Shown piece after piece: positions 12,064 to 24,000 of a stretch of 41,079 bases of DNA. The DNA is from Priapulus caudatus (Eukaryota): NCBI RefSeq assembly GCF_000485595.1, contig NW_014577068.1:167694-208772 (forward strand), written 5' to 3'. The notes under the pieces are model-generated. The model saw nothing but the letters and a program-made list of their open reading frames with translations, did no database searches and was not told the origin of the DNA. A program made the position numbers and the translations under genes. The number at the start of each line of letters is the position of its first letter. Positions within the stretch are counted from its first letter, which is position 1.

Positions 12064-14282
12064 TAGCAAGGATCCAAGCAATAGCACTAAGTGGTTGACA
12101 TCAGGAATCACTTTCCTTCTTTCAAAAGGCAAGGATGCAAAAGAACCAGAGAACTATCGATCAATCACTTGCCTGCCTACCACCTACAAGATTCTCACTG
12201 CTGCAATCACCAACCGCCTCTACAATCACTTACAGAAGAGCGGCATCCTCACAGATAAGTAGAAAGGCTGTAGAAGAGCGTCTAGGTGGTGCAAAGACCA
12301 ATTTCTCATCAGTAACATGATTGTGAGCATGGCAAAAAAGCTCAATAGGAATCTAGGAATGGCGTGGATTGATTATAAGACAGCCTTCGACAGTGTCCCA
12401 CATTCCTGGATTCTCGCAGCCATGAGAATACTACTATACCGAGTGTCACCAACCATCATTCAGTTCATGGAAGCTACAATGAAGAAATAGAAGACTGAAA
12501 TGATCCGCTTCACTCAAGGAGGCTGCCTTGAGCTCAATCAAGAGAGGAATCTTCCAGGGCGACTCGCTCTCTCCCCTGCTATTCTGCTTAGCACTAACAG
12601 CGCTTACCAACATGCTGAATAGACAGGGTCTGGGATTTACAGTCGATAAACGCAACATCATCAGCCACCTGCTCTACATGGATGACATTAAACTGTTCAC
12701 CAAGAACGAATTATGAGCTGGATCAGGCCTTGGTAACAGTCAAAGCATTCATTGATGACATCGAAATGGAGTTCGGCTTGGAAAAGTGTGCAACCGCAAT
12801 CTTAAAAAGTGGTAAGCTAGTAAAAAGTCGAAATATCGAGCTTGATGACAAGACAACCCTACAAAGTCTGAACCACGAGAACACCTACAAATATCATGGT
12901 GTAGACGAAAGTGATGGTATTCAGCATGCAAAGATGAAGGAGAACATTGCTAAGGAGTGCTATCGCCGAGTCCGCCTAGTTCTCAAGTCTGAGCCCTGCT
13001 CAAAAACAAGATAACAGCGATTAATAGCCTGGCACTCCCGGTCCCTGTGTACAGCTTCGGGGTGATCAACTGGTTGCGATCAGATATTGAAAGAATGGAT
13101 CGCAAGACAAGAAAGCTACTAACCATGCACGGTCTCCATCACCCAAAAGCAGATGTAGAGTGACTGTACATCAGGAGGCAAAATGGTGGTCGTGGTCTCA
13201 TTGAACTGATGTCTGCGTACAACACTGCCATTGTAGGTCTAGGCGACTACATCGAGCTTAAGGAAGACAAATTTACAAATCTTATCAAAATCCATTAGTC
13301 TGGAAAATCAAAGCACGCTCTCTTACGCGAGGCTAAAGAAATCAAAGCCAAATACTTGTCCTCTCAGCCCCCTAGCCAAATCTCAACAAAGCAGAGACTG
13401 AAGGCCAATATGGAAGCAGAGAAGATCGAGGTATTGAAGAACAAGCCTTTACATGGAAGATTCTACAAGAGCCTCGACAGACCATTTGTCAACAAGACTG
13501 CAAGCGTTGCCTGGCTGAGTAGTTCCGGGCTCAAGGGGGAGACAGAAAGTCTGATCATTGCAGCCCAAGACCAAGCACTTAACACCAGATACCATCAACG
13601 CAACATCCTCAAGCATCAGGTCAACAGCAAGTGCAGAATGTTCAGCAAGGCAGAGGAGACCATCCACCACATCATCGCCGGATGCACAGTGCTGGCCCCA
13701 ACCGAGTACATAAATCGCCATAACAAGGTAGCCAGCTAGCTGCACTGGTCAATCTGCAGTAAACTTGGTGAGCAAGTACCTGACAAGTGGTATGAACATA
13801 CTTGTTACCAGTTACCAACATCGGAGATACTACCATAATGTGGGATATGGCAGTGCAGACAGATCGCACGATACCTGCAAACCGCCCTGATATAGTGCTC
13901 CACAACAGAAAAGATGCCTGTTGTTTGACGTAGCCGTACCAGATGATACTAACATCATGGTGAAGGAAAGAGACAAACTCACCAAGTACAAAGATCTGGA
14001 GATCGAAATTAGGATGTAGAATACTAAGGCGAGAATTGTACCAGTGGTGGTTGGAGCCCTTGGCTCTATAAAAAATGATTTTGAAAAGAACTCCCTGGCC
14101 ACCACACTGCCCAAGAAGTGCAGAAATTCGCACTACTGGGAACAGCACACATCCTGCAAAAAATTCTGGATTGAATCCCTATGTGCCAGGTTGGGACACG
14201 GTCAACCCAGAAGCCACCGGCTAATGCCGTGATCCACTTTGGAAATAATAATAATAATATTAATAATAATAATAATAATAAT
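12062..14282 (+). mobile_element. Decayed 5'-truncated non-LTR retrotransposon with RT and restriction-like endonuclease (R4/Dong-like)
   Basis: RT motifs NYRSITCLPTTYK, AWIDYKTAFDSVPH, GIFQGDSLSPLLF and YMDDIKL; degenerate CCHC finger (CRMFSKAEETIHHIIAGC); RHNKV and RPDIV endonuclease motifs; several stops and frameshifts (e.g. TAG at 12260); 3' (TAA)n tail. Confidence 0.9.
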
Positions 14283-15045
14283 GTAATACTGCAAGATAAG
14301 CAATAACTCTACGAAAGACCACCTCGTTATCAGACGAAGCTGCGCCAGCGCGTAAATTATCGACACATTATTTGTGTAAACAGCGCATTTCTGACGCAGC
14401 CATCATGCGTGGCTCGCTAGCAGCACGACGGCCGCGTATATAACTCCCACCGCGTCCACAATCCACATGCATTACCGCAATGTTTATTTTCCTGGTTAGC
14501 CACTGTTAAGTTGGAAAACATTTTCCGCCGATGATAGAGGGTCGTTGAAAAAGGGCAGGCGTGAGATATAGCCGGTCGACGTGTTAGCGCGTTACACATG
14601 ACTGCGTGAACAGTTCGGTTAAGCGTGTATCGATATCGCTCGACATAGATCAATACTCCATCACTGGATTAGAGCTGAAGCTGACAACTTCTTGGAAATT
14701 CTGCGGGAAGTAGGTGGAGAATTATTTAAGTTCCGTGCGATAGGTTTGCTCTTATTTCGACTTTTAAAATTAATGGAAGTAGGATGTCAATCAGACAAAA
14801 GAGCGTGTACGCGTGTGCGCGTGCCTGTACGCGCGCGTGGGTGTGTGCACGACTGTCTGTGTTTGTCGCATAGACTCTCGCAATCCCAATTCACGCATCG
14901 CAATTCTCGAAAGCCAAAATTCGCGCACTGTGGAAATATCGCCAGCTATTATTCAGCTGCGTTTGTTCACTTGAAGAGAATGGAGTGCTTCAATTAAGGC
15001 GTGTACCCACACTTGGAGTTTTGAAAATACATGCTCACACTGCAA

Positions 15046-15101
<56 letters not shown>

Positions 15102-17792
15102 CACACACTCATAATTATTAATTCATCCACGAAATCGCTTTTCAAATGCAAGGTATTAGAATTTAGTTTATTATAATTTGAGGTATAATATATACATCCC
15201 CGTTATATAGGCAAATTCAATATTCTTTGCTAGGCCTCAATGAAGTTATAAATGATCTAACGGCTAACTTCAAAACAGGTACGATAACAGTAATAGTAAA
15301 AACAGCCACGCCACCAAAACGACGGCCAGGCTCGTCACTCATAATCGTCACACAAATGTAATATTAACGATGTCCCCAACCCGCATCGCTAAATTAATAT
15401 AGGTCTACTACATTCTCCCGAAAAACTTCTGTAAAGAAAACAGAGAATCCGCGTTGTTGCAGCCAGCCGCTATTCCTAATTCATTATTAATTAGTTAATT
15501 AATATTAATAATAACCATCTAACAAACGATTAGTCGTGGCGGCTATATGCTGAGCGTTAAAAATAGCCGGACCGAATATGTCGTCGAATATTTCGTCGAG
15601 TACACAAACCGTGTGTTTATTCGTTTTAACAATTATCATCTGTGAACATTTCGTATTAGTCTCTGATGCCGGACCCACGCTTCCGTCGCTACCTTGTAGA
15701 AGAGCAGTCACACTCGAGTCTGTTAGACAATTGTACCTTTGTAACCAAGCGTTGCTAACGGATCCCCCCCCCCCCAGACACACACGCGCGCGCATCAAAC
15801 ATTGCGAATAACTCGCGGGTTATTAAAAACGCAGAGGACCTCAGAGTCGTTGACCTGAAACTGCAGATTTCCATTGATTAATTCTTGGAACGGATTCAGA
15901 GACAAGTTGTGAGCGCATGAACCTTGCCTGCCTACTCGTACCCACCACTTAAATCTCGATTATCAATCTCGAACTCTCATTCTCAATTAATATCCGAAAG
16001 ACTAACGCTTATGAAATGCAGGACTTGTCATTTTTCGGCGTATTTTTCATTGTTATGACTTGATAAATTGTTGAAGCACGAAAGGCCGTAATTCTTCGTC
16101 AAATTTCGAAATCCTACAGATGAACATGTCTACCCTTTGCACGACCATGCCAAGGGAGCAAAATGACCCATTGCATGACAATGTCTACCCTGCATCGCAA
16201 AGCTGTACTAGCGCTCGGGAATCGGCTTTCGTGCGAAGCTAGCATGTAACGGATCAGTAAAAAGGGGAAGGACCAACCAAAATGTTCATCTCGTTAGAAG
16301 AAGCATTTACGTGTATTGAATTATAATTATAAATAACATTCTCTCATCTGCACTGCTTCATGCATTCTGGCATTCAGAATTTATTGTACCGTAAGTCACT
16401 GTCCGCAATAGCAGATGTATTCAAAAACCAAGATAGAAAATCATCAGGCTTTCCTACAAGACAATGACCAACTGGGACTAGTCATAAATAAATATCACAC
16501 AATTGATTTCATTTTCCTTATGAATAGATTTAAGATTCCTATATGTGAACAAACGTGCGTCCAGAGAGAGGAGCACAGAGGATCCACAGAAAAGCTGTGC
16601 CACACAATATTGTATCATGACGATGTATCTCTGGACGTCAGATGTCAGATGTAACCACGCACATAAGAATATAATCTGACGATCTTCAAAACTATATTCC
16701 TATTTGCATCGAGAAAATGCAAATGCAGTTGCAGTTGCATCACGCAACCCAAAAATAATCAAAGGATGAAGATCCTACCGATTGGAACATTACATGGAGT
16801 GACTGTGTTCACAAAAAAATTCCCGGGCCATGTTACGCATGCCACCATTGGTATGCGCATCGCATGCTCAGTGACTATGCATCAAAAAGAACACGTTACT
16901 AGAATGGCCAAACTTGGTTCGCTATCCCAGTAAATGCAATATGTAAGGGTTGCCATGACCACACATTTAATAAGATTTATTCGCTGTATTGTTGGATTGT
17001 TAGATGCTTCATTTTTGATCAATAACAAGAATGGTGTTCAGATTGATCTTACGGTTAGAGAATATATAGTATCAAATGTGTAGCACATTGGTCCATAACC
17101 TCCGATGTGAAAGTTAGGAAGAGCTATAGGAAGAAAGGGCCATGGAAACAGACACCTATAGGAAAAGTAGGCTATCGGAAGAGACGATTATGGGAAGAGA
17201 GGAGTACAAGAAGAAAGAAGTATGGGAAGACAGGGCTATGGAAAAAGTGGAAATTGAATTTGTATTTTTGTTAAATAAAACGTAGCGGCAATTTCATCCA
17301 TCGTTTAACATGAATAACAGGAACATACGCTCTTCAGACAATCGTCACTCATATACATATTCATATATACATAATCAAAATTTGAGAAGAAAATCTCATC
17401 GTCGGGTTCAGTTCTCACCGCGAGGACAATTTATACGCATCTTTACAACTTGCATCGAGTCATATCTACATACGTATAACTTGGCAATAACTGGCTACCG
17501 CTGAACATCTCTGACACTGATGTGTGACACAGCGGGCAGTCACTGTCAGAGTTTGGCAGTCACTGGTATTCCTTCAACATCTGCTCATAGCCACAGTTCA
17601 CCTGCATCTGATCACTAGCACAGGGCGGCACCTAGCGTGACACTAGAGAGAGTACAAACGCCTTGCCACACACTACTTATGGGCAGGTTTCTCTTTCGTC
17701 TTACTGCTGACCTGACGGACTTATAACCGGATCTCACGACTAGATCTCTTAGTCTTAGCTGCACACGGCGTCACAGTGGCACAGGCCACCCA

Positions 17793-17902
17793 TAGATACA
17801 TCATGTCATCCACGGATACATCATGTCATCCACGGATACATCATGTCATCCACGGATACATCATGTCATCCACGGATACATCATGTCATCCACGGATACA
17901 TC
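17793..17902. repeat. 20-bp tandem repeat (~5.5 copies) in the probable HTT 3' UTR
   Basis: Unit GATACATCATGTCATCCACG. Confidence 0.9.
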
Positions 17903-17986
17903 GTGATGCGGGGACACACGATGCGTGGCCGGCCACACGCGGATGGCAGGTTGCTGTTTAGCGAGTGGTGTCCATGGTTACGACGC

Positions 17987-18097
17987 TTAGTAGTCGTGCG
18001 ATTGTATGCAGGCGATCAGGTCCGTGTAGGGCGTATCCGGCTGAATAGCTGCCTGCATAGTTAGCAAGAAGGACCTCTTCTGTGCCTCCTCTTTCAG
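17987..18097 (-). CDS. HTT: HTT terminal coding exon ([36 protein letters not shown]); not in ORF track
   Basis: ctacag acceptor, phase 0, TAA at 17987-17989; resembles vertebrate RRAFQSV...PGSPYHRLLTCL. Confidence 0.88.
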   Translation of the reverse strand: MKEEAQKRSFLLTMQAAIQPDTPYTDLIACIQSHDY

Positions 18098-21000
18098 CTG
18101 TAGATAAGGGGAAGTGTACAAAATTATCTTACACGGCTGCCCCTTGTGCAAATGTACACACTGCTAATATAAGAGCCTGTCTGCTGGACTACAACAATAC
18201 GCGTGCATTTCGGAAATTTTACCTCTCAATATGGCCATCAAGAAATCTTCACGTTGCGTTTAATATATAATAACTACTAAATCTCATAAAAAATGTAGTG
18301 CTTTAAAAGCATAATATTCTCATGACGTTAACCATTTCTATCGCTATTGCTAGCAGGCTTCTCCCTACGTTGTGCAAACTGGGCGCGCCCGCCCCGTTTG
18401 GGAAACCCCCCCCCCCCCGTTTCAATGGTTGCACCACGTTTAAATTATTTCCGCCACAATTTAAAAAAAATTGACCCACTGGCAGCAAGAACAAGTCCGC
18501 ACCTGCAGCTACAGCACACTCGCATCTATTGACTATATGTAACAATGTTATATATAGTTGTTATAGTAGTTATATAGTTATAGTTATATAGTTATATAGT
18601 TATATAGTTATAGTTGTTATAGTAGCTATAGTTGTTATAGTAGTTATATATAACTATATATAATGTTGTTATATATAGTCAATAGATGCGTGTGTGTTGT
18701 AGCTGCAGGTGCGGACTTGTTCTTGCTGCCAGTGATTCGACCAGGCCCCCAGAGTCCTGCATATACTCTCCGCATATACTCTCTTGGGGGGAGGGGGAGG
18801 GGGAGGGGAAACTAGGGGTGGTCTGGGGGCCTGGTCGAATCACTGGCAGCAAGAACAAGTCCGCACCTGCAGCTACAACACACACGCATCTATTGACTTA
18901 TATCTCCCACATATACTCTCCGCATATACTCTGCATATATCTCCCACATATACTCTCCGCATATACTCTGCATATACGCTCCATATATCTCCTGCATAAC
19001 TCCGCATATTCTCTGCATATACTCTCCACATATACTCTCCTCATATACTCTCCATATATCTCCCGCATAACTCTCTGCATATACTCTGCATATATGGAGA
19101 GATGCTGACCTGACTGCGAAAGTCCAACGCTGCCACACAGAAGAATCGTCTGTCCACCATGTCCATTAATCCCATCCTGCTCTGCACATGTGGGAAGCTG
19201 CGAGCACAGAGGTCAGGAAGCAAACGATAGCGATCCACGCTGATGGCCGAAGCCATGGCGATCGCGGTTACTCTATTCGGAACTACATGTTCACTCAAGA
19301 AATTAACTCCTAACAACTCGTAAACAAGCCTGAAGTTTAATTACTCATTCTCATTGAGTAAGTATTATGAAGAGTTTTTAAATGAAAACTACCTCAGATC
19401 AATCTCCGTCTACATTCTTGATTCTATAGCTAGATGAATTAATTGAATTAAATGAATTAAATTGAGTATAATTATAGCAAAACTAACATGATCATTATTA
19501 TGTCTTCGTGATATACATGTTACCTTTAGAAATTTATGTACCTATTATTATATGTTTATCTATATTTCATTAAACAATAAAGAATAACAGAATACTAAAA
19601 CATCAGGAAGATTCCAAATACACACATACAAAAGGATACAGAGCCCTGAGCCACCGATTTGGTGAAGCACTGATGAAGAAACATGTCAAGCTCCACGTCG
19701 CCATGGCGATGGGTGTCCGCTGTGTGAAGTTAGAAAGGGAGAGCATGACCCAGTCCTTGACAAGGTCATTTTGACCCTTCTGAATCAAGTTGTTAAATAC
19801 CTGTAATAAAAGATGCAAGTTTTAGGTTTACGATACATTAGGTTTTTTATGCGTTTCACTGACTAATTGCATGCATGGCTTCTTATCAATTAAAAATCAC
19901 TTACACTTAAAAACAGTCAGCTAGTATACTGATCTGTGTTGTGACATCAACAACACATGCACACAACCGTCACGCACGCGGCCAGACAACCACTCACACA
20001 CATGCCTGCATACACACATAAGAATGTGAGCACACACATGCCTGCATACACACATAAGAATGCGAGCACACACATGCCTGCGTACGCACATAAGAATGCG
20101 AACACACACATAACTGCGTACGTACATAGGAATGATCGTACGCACATAAGAATGCGAGCACACACATGCCTGCATACACACATAAGAATGTGAGTACACA
20201 CACGTGCCTGCGTACACACATAAGAATGCGAGCACACACATGCCTGCGTACATACATAAGAATGTGAACACACACATGCCTGCGTACACACATAAGAATG
20301 TGATCACACACATGCCTGCATACGCACATAAGAATGTGAACACACACATGCCTGCATACACACATAAGAATGCGAGCACACACATGCCTGCGTACACACA
20401 TAAGAATGTGAGTACATACACGCCTGCGTACGCACATAAGAATGCGAGCACACACATGCCTGCATACACACATAAGAATGTGAACACACACATGACTGCG
20501 TACGCACATAAGAATGCGAGCACACACATGACTGCGTACGCACATAAGAATGCGAGCACACACATGCCTGCATACGCACATAAGAATGTGAACACACACA
20601 TGACTACGTACGCACATAAGAATGTGAGCACACACACGCCTGCGTACGCACATAAGAATGTGAGCACACACACGCCTGCGTACGCACATAAGAATGCGAG
20701 CACACACACACCTTGAACAAGACTCCAACGATGAGCTGCGGATGAGGCTGCTGACTTGACAAAAACTCTCCTATCACTTTGTTCATTGCATCCTGGGTAG
20801 GGAAGAAATCGGCCAGAAAATGTGGCAATATCTTGCTGACTACTTCAGCCTCAAATGGATAGCCCTTTCTGATTCTGCAAGACATGTAAAAGGTGTTAAT
20901 GACACATTTCTTTTGAAGTGAACACTATTTGAATAATAAAATTTATTTAATTCAGAGCGCAATTTTCACAACACAATGTATTAACTATACCTGGCAATGA

Positions 21001-24000
21001 ACAAAGACGGATGCATATGTATTTATATAAATAAGTCAAAATACATTTCAAGCTCCATAAAATAAGACAAATAAATATGAGAGGTCATTAGTGTAAATTT
21101 ATACCTCAATGGGACTAACATATCCATCCCTAAAAGTTTCATGACATGAAATCTGCCTTTTCAACCACTATAACTTAGGGATTCTTTAGAACCTCTGAAG
21201 TTCTCTTAGTATAAAATTTATTATATATAATAATATATTAATAAAAATAATATATAATAATTAATATATCTATAAATAAATATAGTTTGTGATATTATTT
21301 TTCTAATCACACCCGCACTAAAAACAATCAATCTACTGCCACTCCTGCCATAAAGCCAGACGACGGCTACGAAATGCACTCACCATAGAATGATCTTAAA
21401 AAAGAGATACTAAATGAATTTTTTTTTTAATGATCCTACTCTTTCTTTAAAATGGAACCATCTTAAAACAAGGTTGGTGTCGGACAGACAGACAGACAGA
21501 CAGACAGGGTGATTCCAGTATACCCCTCCCCCCTAACTTCGTTGGCGGGCGTATAAAAAACTGCACAAATGGTAGTGAAGTGGTAGAAGGCAGTAACCTG
21601 TCGAACAGCATCGTGAGTCGTTCCATGGCCACGATGAGGTGCTCCGGATCTCTGATCTCAAGCACCGGTGACGCGGGGTCCATGTCACTGCTGTCCGTAC
21701 TGTACGAGTCCAGCACCACGCGACCCTCAGAGTACATACAGCTGAGTAGCAGCCCCAGGCCAGCTAGAACCCGCACTGGACTGTGCGCCTTCAGCCTAAA
21801 CACACAGCATGCTACAATCAGACATTAGCACCCCACCCATCAGCACGCAATCACTACCATGGCCACAAAAGTTACTAAGAGTATGTGGAATGGTAACAGA
21901 TAGGAGCAGTATGCACATGAAGTAACACATTCTGCATCTAGAAACACCCGCAGCCTAAACGTATCAGAGAGGGTGATTTGTACGTTTAATGCTATTTGCA
22001 GCAGAATGACATATACAGGAGCACGATACATACAGCAAATGTGTAAACTTGGTGTGTATACGTCTGGTAACATTACCAAGGTAGTCACTAGTGAACACAC
22101 ACGACATATCACAAATACTTTCTGTTTGCCAATCGATGGCTAGCATCACCACCAGGTGGCAGCACGTACCCACCCACCGATCAACAACCGGCCTCACCAC
22201 CAGGTCGCACCACGTGTCCACACTCACCGATCGACGGCGAGTTTGACCACCAGGTCGCGCTCGTGTGTGCCGACGGCACCGGTCAGGGCGAGACGCTCGA
22301 GTCCGTGGAAGATGGCGAGGTAGACGGCGAGCGGGGTGCGGTCCTCGCTCGCCGACGCGACGCTCACGCACAGCTGCAGCATGCGCGAGCTGAAGTCCGT
22401 CTCACGCAGGTCCTCCTGGTAGTTCTCGAGGATGTAGAAGACGGCCGCCCACATGACGAGCACGTACTTCTCGCCATAGACCGCACCCCTGCAACGCACA
22501 TGCGAAAACCGAGTTTATACTTAAGATGCTAAGGTACAGGTACAGGTACAGATAAGGTACAGGTAAGGTAAGGTGCAGGTGAGGTACAGGTAAGGTAAGG
22601 TACAGGTAATGTACAGGTAAGGTAAGGTAAGGTAAGGTGCAGGTGAGGTACAGGTAAGGTAAGGTGCAGGTGAGGTACAGGTGAGGTACAGGTGAGGTAC
22701 AGGTAAGGTACAGGTAAGGTAAGGTAAGGTAAGGTAAGGTGCAGGTGAGATACAGGTAAGGTAAGGTAAGGTACAGGTAAGGTAAGGTAAGGCAAGGTGC
22801 AGGTGAGGTAAGGCACAGGTACAGGTACAGGTAAGTACGTACGTTGTGAGGCAGGTGAGTTGCTTCTGCAGACTCTCGGTCACCGCCGGCATCACGGTCG
22901 CTGAGAAGTCGGCCTGGTTCGACTCGAGTATGTAGAGCACGCCGTGGTAGGCTGCGACGCGCGTCGGCATGTGAGTGCTGCGCATAGACTGCTCCAGCAG
23001 CTTACTAACGCGCTCCTGCAGCGCCGAGTCCTGTACGTGAGACACACACAAACACGTTAGCTAGTCTTAGTTACTTGGCAGGTGTGTTTTTCGAATTACA
23101 GAACACATATATAGACAATGGTATAGAAAGACCATGTTGAGAGCTTATCACCTTCTGACGTGCAAATGTGACATTCACAGCACATTCCTTGTTGGAAGTA
23201 TATACATGGATATATATTAACTTCCTGTTAAACGGCCACTCGCGTGGCAGGAGTGGCAACAATTCTCCAGGCAGTTTTTACATCAAGATTATTTTCTACT
23301 CATAATGGTCCAAAATGGTAGTAAAATGTGAGTGAATCGTAATGGCACAATCACAGGCTAAAAAATCGTACAAATTCCACCGAAATCGAAAGGATTTGCA
23401 GCTCTGTAGTAATAGTTAGAAAACAAATAGCTGAGGAGGCAGCAGTATAGCATATAGCAGTAGACGAGAATACAGCGACGTACCAGTCCAATGACGCTGA
23501 TTGCCTTGCAGATTCCGACTAGTAGGTACTGCACTAGGATCTCATCCTCACCCGGGTGCGTCTTATGCAAGTCGAGAAACACCTCCAACATCCACTCAAA
23601 CTGTGACTGCTCCGTGAAGATGTCGGAGAGTACCACCACCTGCCAATACACCGCACAACGTCGACTCAACACAACTGCAGGGATCGATATACTAACAATC
23701 TTTGATGCACAGCATTAAAGTTAATAACAAGAGCCGCAGAGCGTCTGGGCTCATCTGAGGTCTGTTGCTACGATTNNNNNNNNNNCAGAGTATATGCAGA
23801 GAGTATATGCAGGACTATATGCAGAGTATATGCAGAGAGTTATGCGGGAGATATATGGAGAGTATATGAGGAGAGTATATGTGGAGAGTATATGCAGAGA
23901 ATATGCGGAGTTATGCAGGAGATATATGGAGCGTATATGCAGAGTATATGCAGAGAGTTATGCGGGAGATATATTGAGAGTATATGAGGAGAGTATATGT

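Noticed and set aside
11636..12262. Poly-Pro/poly-Asn ORF as a gene or as HTT exon 1
   Set aside because: Trinucleotide microsatellites read in frame into the retrotransposon fragment; wrong strand and position for HTT, no ATG start, no polyQ.
17110..17250. Purine-rich, roughly 17-bp periodic stretch (CTATGGGAAGAG-like)
   Set aside because: Too degenerate to define a unit or assign a function.
19921..20728. Long Cys/Val-rich ORFs, or a CRISPR-like 36-bp array
   Set aside because: Head-to-tail minisatellite with no unique spacers, inside a eukaryotic intron.
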